From contig CAYTHI010000005.1 of assembly GCA_964437555.1 (NCBI GenBank), forward strand, positions 1 through 54,733: a stretch of DNA of 54,733 nucleotides, in the 5' to 3' direction. The notes under the pieces are model-generated. The model did no database searches. It saw nothing but the letters and a program-made list of their open reading frames with translations, and had not been told where the DNA came from. The DNA is from Candidatus Woesearchaeota archaeon (lineage in GTDB: Archaea; Nanobdellota; Nanobdellia; Pacearchaeales; GW2011-AR1). Below, in pieces: positions 1 through 8,622 of this stretch (within the stretch, counting starts at the first letter, position 1; every line of letters starts with the position of its first letter). The position numbers and the translations under genes are program-made.

Positions 1-76
1 TTGTCCAAACGCCTAGTTCCCTCCTTTCAACTTCCTTTACAATCCATTTTATTTTCTTCTTATTCAGTTTCTTCAT
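1..76 (-). CDS. IS481-family transposase, N-terminal fragment (runs off the window)
   Basis: MKKLNKKKIKWIVKEVERRELGVWT resembles the KLNxKKIRWII start of archaeal IS481 transposases; not in the ORF track. Confidence 0.6.
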   Translation of the reverse strand, partial: MKKLNKKKIKWIVKEVERRELGVWT

Positions 77-140
77 AAGACTCTGCTTTACAGCAGAGCT
101 TATCTTATTTGGCGAGGTAACCTTATTTCGGGATAAGACA
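1..140 (-). mobile_element. Left end of a probable IS481-family insertion sequence
   Basis: Minus strand begins 5'-TGTCTTATCCCGAAATAA at 140 (TGT terminus typical of IS481) and leads into a transposase-like N-terminus at 76; small inverted repeat CTCTGC/GCAGAG at 81-98. Confidence 0.6.
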
Positions 141-183
141 GTTTCTACATATATATATATACTAATAACTAAGATTAAAAAGA

Positions 184-1269
184 ATGAAAATCTGTTTTTT
201 TTCAGTAGGATTCGCTTTTAACAGGCTTGTCAGGTTAAGATATTATGAGAAGATCTTTCCAAAAAGTGTAGAGATGTTCCTTATAACTACAGATAAATAT
301 GCCGGAACAAAAGAAGAAAAATACCAGGATCAATGGGCATTAAAAAGGACCAAGGTGATTGTGATGAAGTATCATCCTTTGACAATTCCATTCAAATGCA
401 GAGATTTTTGCCGCAGGAATAAAATAGACATAGTGACTAATATGGGGCATCCTTACGGCGGAATACCTTTAATTATAGGAAGTATGTTTGATAAAAGAAG
501 ATTTATCCTTTACTTCTTCGGCGATACTCTTGAAACAACAAAACAGGACATATTCAGTAAATTTGGAATTAAGCTGTTTTTAAGACTCTTTCCGTATTTA
601 GTCATCGCAAGATTTGCGGACAAGATAGCATTCAATGGTCCGAAGAGCAAGGAAAAAGCGCCCGTTTTCTTTGCTCTGCCAAAAAGAAAGTTTTATTGCC
701 TGCATGCCCCGGTTAACATAAAAATTTTTCATCCAATGAACAGAAAAAAAGTTAGAAAAGAAATAGGCCTAAAAAAAGATGACAAAGTGATAATTTATGT
801 GGGAAGAGTATCCAAGAGAAAGCACGGAAAGCTGTTAAGTTATTTGGTAAAGTCAAATCCAGATATTAAATTTATTATAGCTGGCAAGTGGATAGAAAAG
901 GAGATTCCAAAAATCAAGGTGAAAAACTTAATTACTTTTGATAAAATTCCAAATGTTGAATTGACCAAATATTATTCTGCTGCAGATTTAAGTTTTGCCT
1001 GCCACATTCAGGGCTATCCTATGGGAATTGTTGCGGAAGAGTCTCTTGCATGCGGAACCCCCGTCCTGCATATAAAGGAATTAACCGCGGAGCCATCCAG
1101 AACCATAATCAAAATTGATGAAACGGACGCCAACAAAAAAATAAAAGAATTTTTTGAGTTGCCCGAGAAGACAAGAAGAGAGCTTGGAAAAGAAGCAAGA
1201 AAATACGCTGAAAAATACTTATCAGACGAAGTTTGGAAGGATAGATATGTTGATTTCTATCTTAAATAG
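184..1269 (+). CDS. GT4 family glycosyltransferase
   Basis: C-terminal GT-B motifs YVGRVSKRK and YSAAD...GIVAEESLACGTPV. Confidence 0.85.
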   Translation: MKICFFSVGFAFNRLVRLRYYEKIFPKSVEMFLITTDKYAGTKEEKYQDQWALKRTKVIVMKYHPLTIPFKCRDFCRRNKIDIVTNMGHPYGGIPLIIGSMFDKRRFILYFFGDTLETTKQDIFSKFGIKLFLRLFPYLVIARFADKIAFNGPKSKEKAPVFFALPKRKFYCLHAPVNIKIFHPMNRKKVRKEIGLKKDDKVIIYVGRVSKRKHGKLLSYLVKSNPDIKFIIAGKWIEKEIPKIKVKNLITFDKIPNVELTKYYSAADLSFACHIQGYPMGIVAEESLACGTPVLHIKELTAEPSRTIIKIDETDANKKIKEFFELPEKTRRELGKEARKYAEKYLSDEVWKDRYVDFYLK

Positions 1270-1311
1270 CATGCGGAAGATTTATATAATTTCAGACATG
1301 TTTTTTCAGCA

Positions 1312-1638
1312 ATGGAAAAGATAGTTTTAAAGGATATTTCTGAGAAGGAGTTTTCAAAAATCAAAGGAGTTTTGTCAGATTATATCTCTGAGAGCAAGGA
1401 GAGGTATTTTGAGAAAGTTAAATCTGTTTTGTTTTCAGCTCCCACGGGCAGGCTTATAGTTCTCGATGGTCTAAATAAAGAGGATTTTAGAGATTTGATT
1501 GTCCTAATAGACTTTTATAATGTTTGGAAAACCGACAATGCAAAAAACTTCTGGGACGAAGAGCTTGAAGAAATCTATAATAAGCTAACTAAAAAGTTTA
1601 TAAGAATTTATAAAGAACAGCCATATAGTGATAGCTGA
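1312..1638 (+). CDS. Hypothetical protein, 108 aa
   Basis: Clean ORF with TTTATATA at 1281-1288; no recognised motif; ends 1 nt before the tRNA-like RNA. Confidence 0.65.
   Translation: MEKIVLKDISEKEFSKIKGVLSDYISESKERYFEKVKSVLFSAPTGRLIVLDGLNKEDFRDLIVLIDFYNVWKTDNAKNFWDEELEEIYNKLTKKFIRIYKEQPYSDS
1607..1614 (+). promoter_or_regulatory. Candidate TATA box for the tRNA-like RNA
   Basis: AAGAA-TTTATAAA (purine-rich BRE plus TATA) ending 26 nt before 1640; similar to the tRNA-Ser promoter spacing (24 nt). Confidence 0.55.
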
Positions 1639-1639
1639 T

Positions 1640-1720
1640 GGCAGGGACGCCATTTGGTCTGGCAAGCGCTTCGGCGCTCTTCGGTTTACCGAGAAGTTGG
1701 TTCAATTCCATCCCCTGCCG
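1640..1720 (+). ncRNA. tRNA-like RNA (type II, Ser-like) with a UUCG tetraloop in place of the anticodon loop
   Basis: Acceptor GGCAGGG/CCCTGCC plus discriminator G; D arm GCCA-TTTGGTC-TGGC; AGCGC-TTCG-GCGCT; variable arm TTCGG-TTTA-CCGAG; T arm GTTGG-TTCAATT-CCATC. Confidence 0.85.
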
Positions 1721-1722
1721 CC

Positions 1723-2337
1723 TTATATTCTCCCTTTAAACTTATCCCAAATATATTTGGCAAAGGAGAGATTTCTTATTATTTTTCTCCCTAGCGCCTC
1801 CAGAATCGGATACTCTTTTTTATAAATTAAAACATCACCCCACTTTTCCTTGAATTTATTTACTCCCAAAAGATGCCCTCGGGCTTTAATCTGCCATCCA
1901 CCGAGATCAAATTTTTTATAGCCCTTGCTTTTTGCCCAAATCAATCCAGTCCAATAAATAAGACTATTTGGCTGAAGGTTCCAATAATCTTTATCTGCTG
2001 CGATTATGTAAAGCCTTGGAATTGCTGAATCATACCTTTCACTAAATAAGATTATAGCTCCCCCAACTACTTTTTTCCCTTTTTTACACACTAAAAAGGC
2101 TTTTGATTTTGATTTTATGTCCTCCAGAGGGAAGATGCTTGTTCCTCCATCTTTCATTATCACTTTGTAAATTTCATAAAAATCTTTCCAATCTTCCTCC
2201 GAATTAGACTCTTTTACGGATAAACCAGATTTCTTTGATTTCTTTATTCCAAGCCTTGCGTCCTTTTTTAGATTTTTAAATATCCTGTATACTGACTGGC
2301 CCACATCCACTAAAATTGTAGCATTAATATCTTTCAT
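1723..2337 (-). CDS. FemABX-like (GNAT fold) putative aminoacyl-tRNA-dependent transferase
   Basis: Basic helix KKDARLGIKKSKKSGL and motifs PNSLIYW, GYKKFDLGG and GVNKFKEKWG characteristic of the Fem C-terminal domain. Confidence 0.8.
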   Translation of the reverse strand: MKDINATILVDVGQSVYRIFKNLKKDARLGIKKSKKSGLSVKESNSEEDWKDFYEIYKVIMKDGGTSIFPLEDIKSKSKAFLVCKKGKKVVGGAIILFSERYDSAIPRLYIIAADKDYWNLQPNSLIYWTGLIWAKSKGYKKFDLGGWQIKARGHLLGVNKFKEKWGDVLIYKKEYPILEALGRKIIRNLSFAKYIWDKFKGRI

Positions 2338-2338
2338 T

Positions 2339-3073
2339 TTAAAGATTATGATTAATCAGCTGAAAGTAATAATCAAAATGAAGATTTCTTTTTAAAATAT
2401 AGTACACTTTAGGGTTATTCTTCATAATTTTTTTGGAAAAATTAATTAATTTTCTTATAAAAGGATACTTGCTTTTTCTTACTATTTTCTTTTCCTGGTC
2501 TGTATATATGGTATTGAATCTCTCATTTATGCTCGGAGGAGTAAAATTTCTAACACTTAAAAATTTAAACAGCTTATTGAGCTCCTGCTGTTTATTTTTA
2601 TTCTCCATATTAAATATAAAAACTTTCTTTTTTCCAAATTCTTTGATAAATGGCCTGATGAAATCTTTTTGATTAATTTCTTTTACAGGATTATCGCTGA
2701 CATCTGTTCCTTCAACTAGATCATAGTGTTTTGCAACATTATATGAAGATTCCGCCCTCTTTTTCTCATTCCTGACATAAATGATTATCTTTGTATTTGG
2801 AAACAGCTTTTTTAGAAGGTTAGCAGATCTTTTCTTGAATATTATTAAAGTGCTTAATTCTCCAACAACCTTATCGAAATCACACTTCTTGAATTTTTTT
2901 TCATAATTCTCAAGGCCCATTATTTCATACTCTTCAGGAAAATAGTTAATTTCTGTATGAAGATTGAATTTGGGCGTGCTTATTTCAGGATGCTCATAAA
3001 GGCAGTTAACTAGCCATTTTGAGCCGCTTCTTCCGAAACCTACTCCTATAAAGTCTAATCTGAATTTGTCCAT
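2339..3073 (-). CDS. Sulfotransferase family protein
   Basis: DFIGVGFGRSGSKWL...HPEI (PAPS-binding loop), EINYF, GELS, KIIIYVRN..RAES. Confidence 0.75.
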   Translation of the reverse strand: MDKFRLDFIGVGFGRSGSKWLVNCLYEHPEISTPKFNLHTEINYFPEEYEIMGLENYEKKFKKCDFDKVVGELSTLIIFKKRSANLLKKLFPNTKIIIYVRNEKKRAESSYNVAKHYDLVEGTDVSDNPVKEINQKDFIRPFIKEFGKKKVFIFNMENKNKQQELNKLFKFLSVRNFTPPSINERFNTIYTDQEKKIVRKSKYPFIRKLINFSKKIMKNNPKVYYILKRNLHFDYYFQLINHNL

Positions 3074-3110
3074 ATAGTTTCTAAATAAATCTGTTTAAAA
3101 ACTATCCGAT

Positions 3111-3803
3111 TCATTTTCCAAAGAAGATTATATACCTTGCCAGCCACTGAATGCTTGAAAGGGCTCCGAAGGATATAAATAAGAAATAAGGCGCATTGAA
3201 GAATACGCCAATAGCTACTAATGACCATTGAATGTCTAAAGCGAAAGAAAATACGCCAGGACTAATACCAAAGAAAGTCCTGCTAAGGCCTTTTCTAACA
3301 TTATCCAAAGGGTTGTTTAAATTAAACTTTTTTCTTAGAACTTCTGAAAGAAGCGCCGCATAATTAATCATCATATAACTAAAGATGTTATAAGTTCCGA
3401 GAAAAATTAGGTTTATGTCTCCGGTTTCAGCAAAATTTTTCATCATCAATGCAAAAAAGACTGCACAGACCCCAATAAATCCAGAACTTTCATCCAGCCA
3501 TTTGCCCATTGCATTTTTCTTGTTGTAATATCTTGCAACTGTTCCGTCAGACAAATCTGCGACTAATCCAAACATAACTAAAATTCCCGCTAAAATCATC
3601 CAGTTTCCGCCTAAAAAGTAAATTATGAAGGAGGCAGATAATGTTGCAGCTAATCCAATAAGATTAACAAGATGGGCATGCATTCCTAATGAAATAGCAA
3701 TCCAGGAATAAAAGACGGAAAAAGGGTAATAAATGTATTTGATTAAAGGCCTTGCCAAATGGTCTTCTTTGAAATATTTTGACACTTCATTTATGCTAGG
3801 CAT
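3111..3803 (-). CDS. CDP-alcohol phosphotransferase family membrane protein
   Basis: DLSDGTVARYYNKKNAMGKWLD motif; start moved to the ATG at 3803 (TATA 22 nt upstream). Confidence 0.8.
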   Translation of the reverse strand: MPSINEVSKYFKEDHLARPLIKYIYYPFSVFYSWIAISLGMHAHLVNLIGLAATLSASFIIYFLGGNWMILAGILVMFGLVADLSDGTVARYYNKKNAMGKWLDESSGFIGVCAVFFALMMKNFAETGDINLIFLGTYNIFSYMMINYAALLSEVLRKKFNLNNPLDNVRKGLSRTFFGISPGVFSFALDIQWSLVAIGVFFNAPYFLFISFGALSSIQWLARYIIFFGK

Positions 3804-3885
3804 GATTAACAAACAGATTTGCTGTTTTTAAACATAATGAAGAAGTCATGGATAAATTTTTAAAGGGCTTACAATCTTAGATTCC

Positions 3886-4872
3886 ATGGAGAAAAGATTT
3901 AAAATAATATGCACAATCGGGCCAGAATCTAATAAGCCTGAGATTCTTGAAAAGTTAAAAAGTAGAGGTATAGATTTTTTCAGGATAAATCTCTCGCATA
4001 CAGATGAAGAAGATATAGAAGAAAGGATATTAGACTTAATTGATTTAGGAGTACCTATTATATTGGATACAGAAGGTTCTCAAGTTAGATCCGGCAATAA
4101 TGAAGAAGTTGAGCTTGCCGAAGGATCCGAGCTAAGAATATATAATAAAAAAATAGATTGTAATTCAACCAAAATATTTTTAAAGCCTATTTCAACAATA
4201 GAAAATTTAAAAAAAGGAGATAAATTACATTTGGATTTTGAATTAACTTCCATAGAAGTAACCGATTCTTCTAGTTTGAAGGAAAAAGGATATATTACCT
4301 GCAAAGTAATCAAAGGAGGCCCCATAGGGGCTAAAAAAGGAGTTCATGTTGAAGGAAGCATAGCTTTGCCATCTTTCAGTCAAAAAGATAAAAGAGCAAT
4401 AGAATTGGCTAAAAAATACGGAATAAAAACATTCACTCTATCTTTTATTAAAAACGTAAATGATGTTAAAGAATTCAAAAAGTATTATCCAGAAGCTACT
4501 GTTTACTCAAAAATAGAACGTGCAGAAGGCCTTAAAAATTTTGAAGAAATTGCAAACATCTCTAATGGTATTTTAATTGACCGAGGAGACTTAAGCAGAG
4601 AAGTAGAATCGGAAGAAATACCATTCATAAAGAAGAAGATTATCAGGTATTGCAAATCAATTGGAAAAGAAGTCTTTGTTGCAACTAACACTTTAGAAGG
4701 AATGGCAAATTCTCTTAAGCATAATCAAGCAGAAATAAACGATGTGGCCAATATTTTACTTGATGGAGCTGCAGGCATTGCGCTTACAAAAGAAACTGCT
4801 GTAGGTAAGTATCCTATCGAAACAGTAGACCGTCTTATCAAAATAATGGAAAAGACTAGTTTATTTACTTAA
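3886..4872 (+). CDS. pyk: Pyruvate kinase-like protein (barrel and lid only, no C-terminal domain)
   Basis: IICTIGP, FRINLSH, SKIE, IDRGDL, VATN, DGA..L..ETAVGKYP; 328 aa. Confidence 0.8.
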   Translation: MEKRFKIICTIGPESNKPEILEKLKSRGIDFFRINLSHTDEEDIEERILDLIDLGVPIILDTEGSQVRSGNNEEVELAEGSELRIYNKKIDCNSTKIFLKPISTIENLKKGDKLHLDFELTSIEVTDSSSLKEKGYITCKVIKGGPIGAKKGVHVEGSIALPSFSQKDKRAIELAKKYGIKTFTLSFIKNVNDVKEFKKYYPEATVYSKIERAEGLKNFEEIANISNGILIDRGDLSREVESEEIPFIKKKIIRYCKSIGKEVFVATNTLEGMANSLKHNQAEINDVANILLDGAAGIALTKETAVGKYPIETVDRLIKIMEKTSLFT

Positions 4873-4917
4873 TGCTGTTTCCTAAATGCTTAAAAACCTT
4901 GTTCTTAATCAAATTTT

Positions 4918-6058
4918 ATGAAAATAGCTCATGTAAGCCCGGAGTTTTATCCTGCAATTGGAGGAGTAGGGCAGGTTGTAAGAGAACTGGCAAAAAGACA
5001 GATTCTTGAAGGCCACGATGTTCATGTATATGCTCCTGATTGGGATAAAAAGAAACGGATAGAAAAAAAAGAAGAGATAATTGATGGAATTAAAATTCAT
5101 AGATGCAGATATATTGCGCAAATGGGCAATTTCTCAACTCTGTGGCCTTCCTTGTTTCCCAGATTATTAAAAGGGAATTTTGACATAATACACAGCCATT
5201 TATTTGGGCATCCGCACTTTGTTATTTCTGCTTTAGCAGCAAAAATTAAAGGAGTTCCGCATATACATACAACTCATTGTCCTTGGTCTGACGCTCCTCG
5301 CTCATCTATAGGAAAATTGGGAATATTGGCAAGCTACAACATAGTCTCCAGATTGGTCTTTCCGGCAACTGACAAGATAATTGCGATAACCCCGTGGGAA
5401 AATGACTTCATAAAAAGATTCGGAGGAAATGAAAAAATAATAATTAATGTGCCTAACGGCATAGATTCAAAGTTTTTTGTAAAAATAAAAAATAATGATT
5501 TTAAGAAAAAGCATAGAATACAAGGAAAACTTGTGCTTTTCTTTGGAAGACTGAATTTTACTAAGAGCCCGGATAAATTTATCGAAATTGCCAAACTAAT
5601 GCTTAAAAAAAGAAGATATCACTTTTGTGATTCGCGGTCCGGATGAAGGCATGAAAGAGAAAGTTAAAAGATTAATAGGCAATGAAAAAAAAATATTGCT
5701 CTTACCAGAAACAAGAGACAGGGAAGAAATAATAAAAATGTATCAAGCAGCAGATGTTTTTGTAATGCCCAGCTACAGGGAAGGCCTTCCGTTGACTCTT
5801 TTTGAAGCAATGGCTTCCGGTCTGCCCGTGGTTGCAACTCCAGTGAATGGCGTGCCTTATGAAATCATAGATGGAAAAAATGGTTTTTTAATTAAACATG
5901 GAGACAACGAAGGGTTTGCAGAAAAAATAAATCAGATTTTGGATAATAAAAAGCTTAGAACAAAAATAGCGAAAAATAATTTTGAAAAGGCAAAGAATTA
6001 TAATTGGGACATAATAAGCAGGAGAATTATCAATTTATATGAAAAAAAAACTGATTAG
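4918..6058 (+). pseudogene. GT4 glycosyltransferase split by a +1 frameshift
   Basis: N-half (PAIGGV...FFGRL) at 4918-5646 and C-half (SYREGLPLTLFEAMASGLPVV) at 5627-6058 join if one A is removed from the A7 run at 5605-5611. Confidence 0.8.
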
Positions 6059-6923
6059 TGTTTTAATTGCAAGCTATAAAGAACCTAAGACAATAGGAAG
6101 AGCAATTCAGTCTTTTTTAGACGAAGGCATGGAAGATATAGAGATAATAGTTGTTGCTCCTGATGAAGAAACTCTCAGGGCTGCAGGCCAATACAGAAAA
6201 GTAAAGTTAGTTAAAGAAAAATTTAAGGCAGGCAAGCCATCAGCTCTAAACTTGGGGTTTAAGCATATAAACAGAAAGTCAGATATTGTCATTTTTTCTG
6301 ATGGTGATGTGTTTATTGCCCCAGGTTCTCTAATCAAACTCATAAAGCACTTTAGAAATGAAGGTGTGGGGGCTGTTTCAGGCAGACCGGTTTCTCTAAA
6401 CTCAAGAAGCACAAAGCTGGGTTATTGGGCTTATATGCTCACAAATATAGCAGATGCTAGAAGAAAAAGAGCAGTTATTAAAAGAAAAAGATTTTTCTGT
6501 TCTGGTTATCTTTTTGCAATAAGAAAATCTCTCTTCCCTAACTTACCAACAGAACTACTTTCAGAGGACGGATATGTATCTCATTATATCTATAAAAAAG
6601 GATATTCAATCGCATATTCCCCAGAATCAGTAGTATTCGTAAACTACCCTTCTACTTTTAGCGATTGGATTAAGCAGAAAAAAAGAAGTGCAGGAGGATA
6701 TAACCAAATAAAAAAACTTATTAATGTAGAAATAAGGTCCTTTAGATCCGAGTCGTTCGGAATACTGGACTTTTTTAGATATATTTCCAACGCCAAAGAA
6801 TTTTTCTGGTTTATAGCCCTTGCAGCAGCAAGAATATATTTGTGGCTCTTGATTTATCGGGATATTAACATCAGAAACAAGAAAAGAGAAGAATTATGGC
6901 AAAGAGTTGAGAGCACTAAATAA
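6039..6923 (+). CDS. GT2 family glycosyltransferase
   Basis: SVLIASYKE, GKPSALN, SDGD, ED and QKKRS motifs. Confidence 0.85.
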   Translation: MKKKLISVLIASYKEPKTIGRAIQSFLDEGMEDIEIIVVAPDEETLRAAGQYRKVKLVKEKFKAGKPSALNLGFKHINRKSDIVIFSDGDVFIAPGSLIKLIKHFRNEGVGAVSGRPVSLNSRSTKLGYWAYMLTNIADARRKRAVIKRKRFFCSGYLFAIRKSLFPNLPTELLSEDGYVSHYIYKKGYSIAYSPESVVFVNYPSTFSDWIKQKKRSAGGYNQIKKLINVEIRSFRSESFGILDFFRYISNAKEFFWFIALAAARIYLWLLIYRDINIRNKKREELWQRVESTK

Positions 6924-6957
6924 ATACAAATAAAAAGTCAAAAAGTATAGGTTTTTA

Positions 6958-8613
6958 ATGGTAGCCGAATCCAAAAATAAAGAGGAGAAATTAAAAACGG
7001 TTAAGAGTTGGCTTAAAGACAAAGAAAATCTTTACTTTGTTTTAATCCTTATTTTCGCTTTCATAATTAGATTATACTATTTTTTCTTGACGAAAAATCA
7101 AGCTTTATGGTGGGATGAAGCAGATTATCTGGCATATGCAAAAAATTTAGCAGGTTTCGGAGTTGAATGGATTGTCACGACAAAACATAATTCCATAGTT
7201 TCATATATTGCAGCAGTAATATTCAAATTAGGTCTTGGAGAGGCATCAGCGAAATTTTTCTTGCAATTTATACCTTCTGTATTAACTGTAGTCTTGGTCT
7301 ACTTTATTTGCAAAGAGATGTACAAAGATAAAAGAATAGGAATAATTGCTGCACTATTGATTGCAGTAATATGGGATTACTCTTTTAATTCAACAAGATT
7401 TCATGTTGATGTCCCAGCTTTGTTTACGGGTCTGCTTGCAATATATGTTTTCTGGAAAGGATACGAGAACAAGGAAAAAATATTTAATAAACTAGATTCA
7501 AAATGGGCGATTCCTATCACGGCATTTCTTGTTGCTTTAACTTACATGATTAGGCGGGGTCATTTCTTATTTGGCGTGTTCATCATTGCATACATGCTTC
7601 TGATGTATAACTGGAAAGATTTGATTAAAGACAGGTATAATTGGATAGGTCTATTCATAGGCTTAACTATGCTATTCATAGCGGAGAGTGTAATATTCAA
7701 CTCTAAAATAGGGGGCGTTGCAGGGGATTATTTTCAGGAGCAATTTAAAATTAATTTTCTGCCCTTAAAGATTTTTTCCTCCTTTTTCTCCCTTGGAACA
7801 TTTATGTCAAGTGCATTCTATTATTTATTTTTAGTTGGAATTGTAGTAGCTGTCGGCAAACTTGGCTTATCCTTCGGACAATGGAGAAAGAACAGGGCTG
7901 ATAGAGCAGACGTGTTCAATTTGATAATGATAATTACAACTCTTGCTTTTTTCATCTTTGTCTTAAGAATGCAAGGAACATTTGGGGAAGCAAGATGGTA
8001 CTATCCTCTTCTCTTCCCTTCAATTATTTTTGTTGCACGTGGAGAGCTCGCAATTTTTGAACTTGTCAAACTTTATAGTAAAAAGGCAGCGATTATATTA
8101 GTCCTTATCTTGATGGTTACTGGGGGATATTATCAAATGAGTGCGGGGGACCAGGCTATAAGGGGAAGATTGCATAGCTTTGAAGGAATAAGAGATGCTA
8201 GTTTGCTTATAAAGGATATTTCAGATAAAGAGGATAAAATTTTAACTCTTGGTCAGCCTCAGGTTGAATTCTATTCGGAAAGAAGCACTCTTCACGCAAG
8301 GGACTGGGTAGGAGGGGATGCTACTCAATTAGAACATTTCGGTAGAACTTTAGAGGCTCTTAAAAATAATACAAACGTGAAATATATTCTAATCTCCTTT
8401 TCTGAGCCAAACTATCCTGCTTGGATGCAAAAGGTTACTGCCAATCCATCAACCGGACAGGTGATAAGCTGGGAAATCCCTTTCACTTTAAGCAAAATAT
8501 ACTTTACAACAGGAGAACAAAAAATCTTGCCCGAAGTGAATTATGGGGATATAAAATTCAAGCTTGTGACAATAAAAAAAGAAGTATTTGTCTATGAGAT
8601 AATAAAAAATTAA
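6958..8613 (+). CDS. GT-C fold (GT39/PMT/ArnT-like) membrane glycosyltransferase
   Basis: LWWDEADY luminal-loop motif after the first TM helix, many TM helices, C-terminal soluble domain. Confidence 0.8.
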   Translation: MVAESKNKEEKLKTVKSWLKDKENLYFVLILIFAFIIRLYYFFLTKNQALWWDEADYLAYAKNLAGFGVEWIVTTKHNSIVSYIAAVIFKLGLGEASAKFFLQFIPSVLTVVLVYFICKEMYKDKRIGIIAALLIAVIWDYSFNSTRFHVDVPALFTGLLAIYVFWKGYENKEKIFNKLDSKWAIPITAFLVALTYMIRRGHFLFGVFIIAYMLLMYNWKDLIKDRYNWIGLFIGLTMLFIAESVIFNSKIGGVAGDYFQEQFKINFLPLKIFSSFFSLGTFMSSAFYYLFLVGIVVAVGKLGLSFGQWRKNRADRADVFNLIMIITTLAFFIFVLRMQGTFGEARWYYPLLFPSIIFVARGELAIFELVKLYSKKAAIILVLILMVTGGYYQMSAGDQAIRGRLHSFEGIRDASLLIKDISDKEDKILTLGQPQVEFYSERSTLHARDWVGGDATQLEHFGRTLEALKNNTNVKYILISFSEPNYPAWMQKVTANPSTGQVISWEIPFTLSKIYFTTGEQKILPEVNYGDIKFKLVTIKKEVFVYEIIKN

Positions 8614-8622
8614 GAATTCACT

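Noticed and set aside
1640-1720. Calling the element tRNA-Arg(UCG) or tRNA-Sec
   Set aside because: A 7-nt loop CTTCGGC leaves no pairable anticodon stem; there is no UCA anticodon and no 9/4 acceptor-T fold
1628-1825. 65-aa ORF on + strand
   Set aside because: GTG-started frame overlapping the tRNA-like RNA and antisense to the Fem-like gene; no protein features
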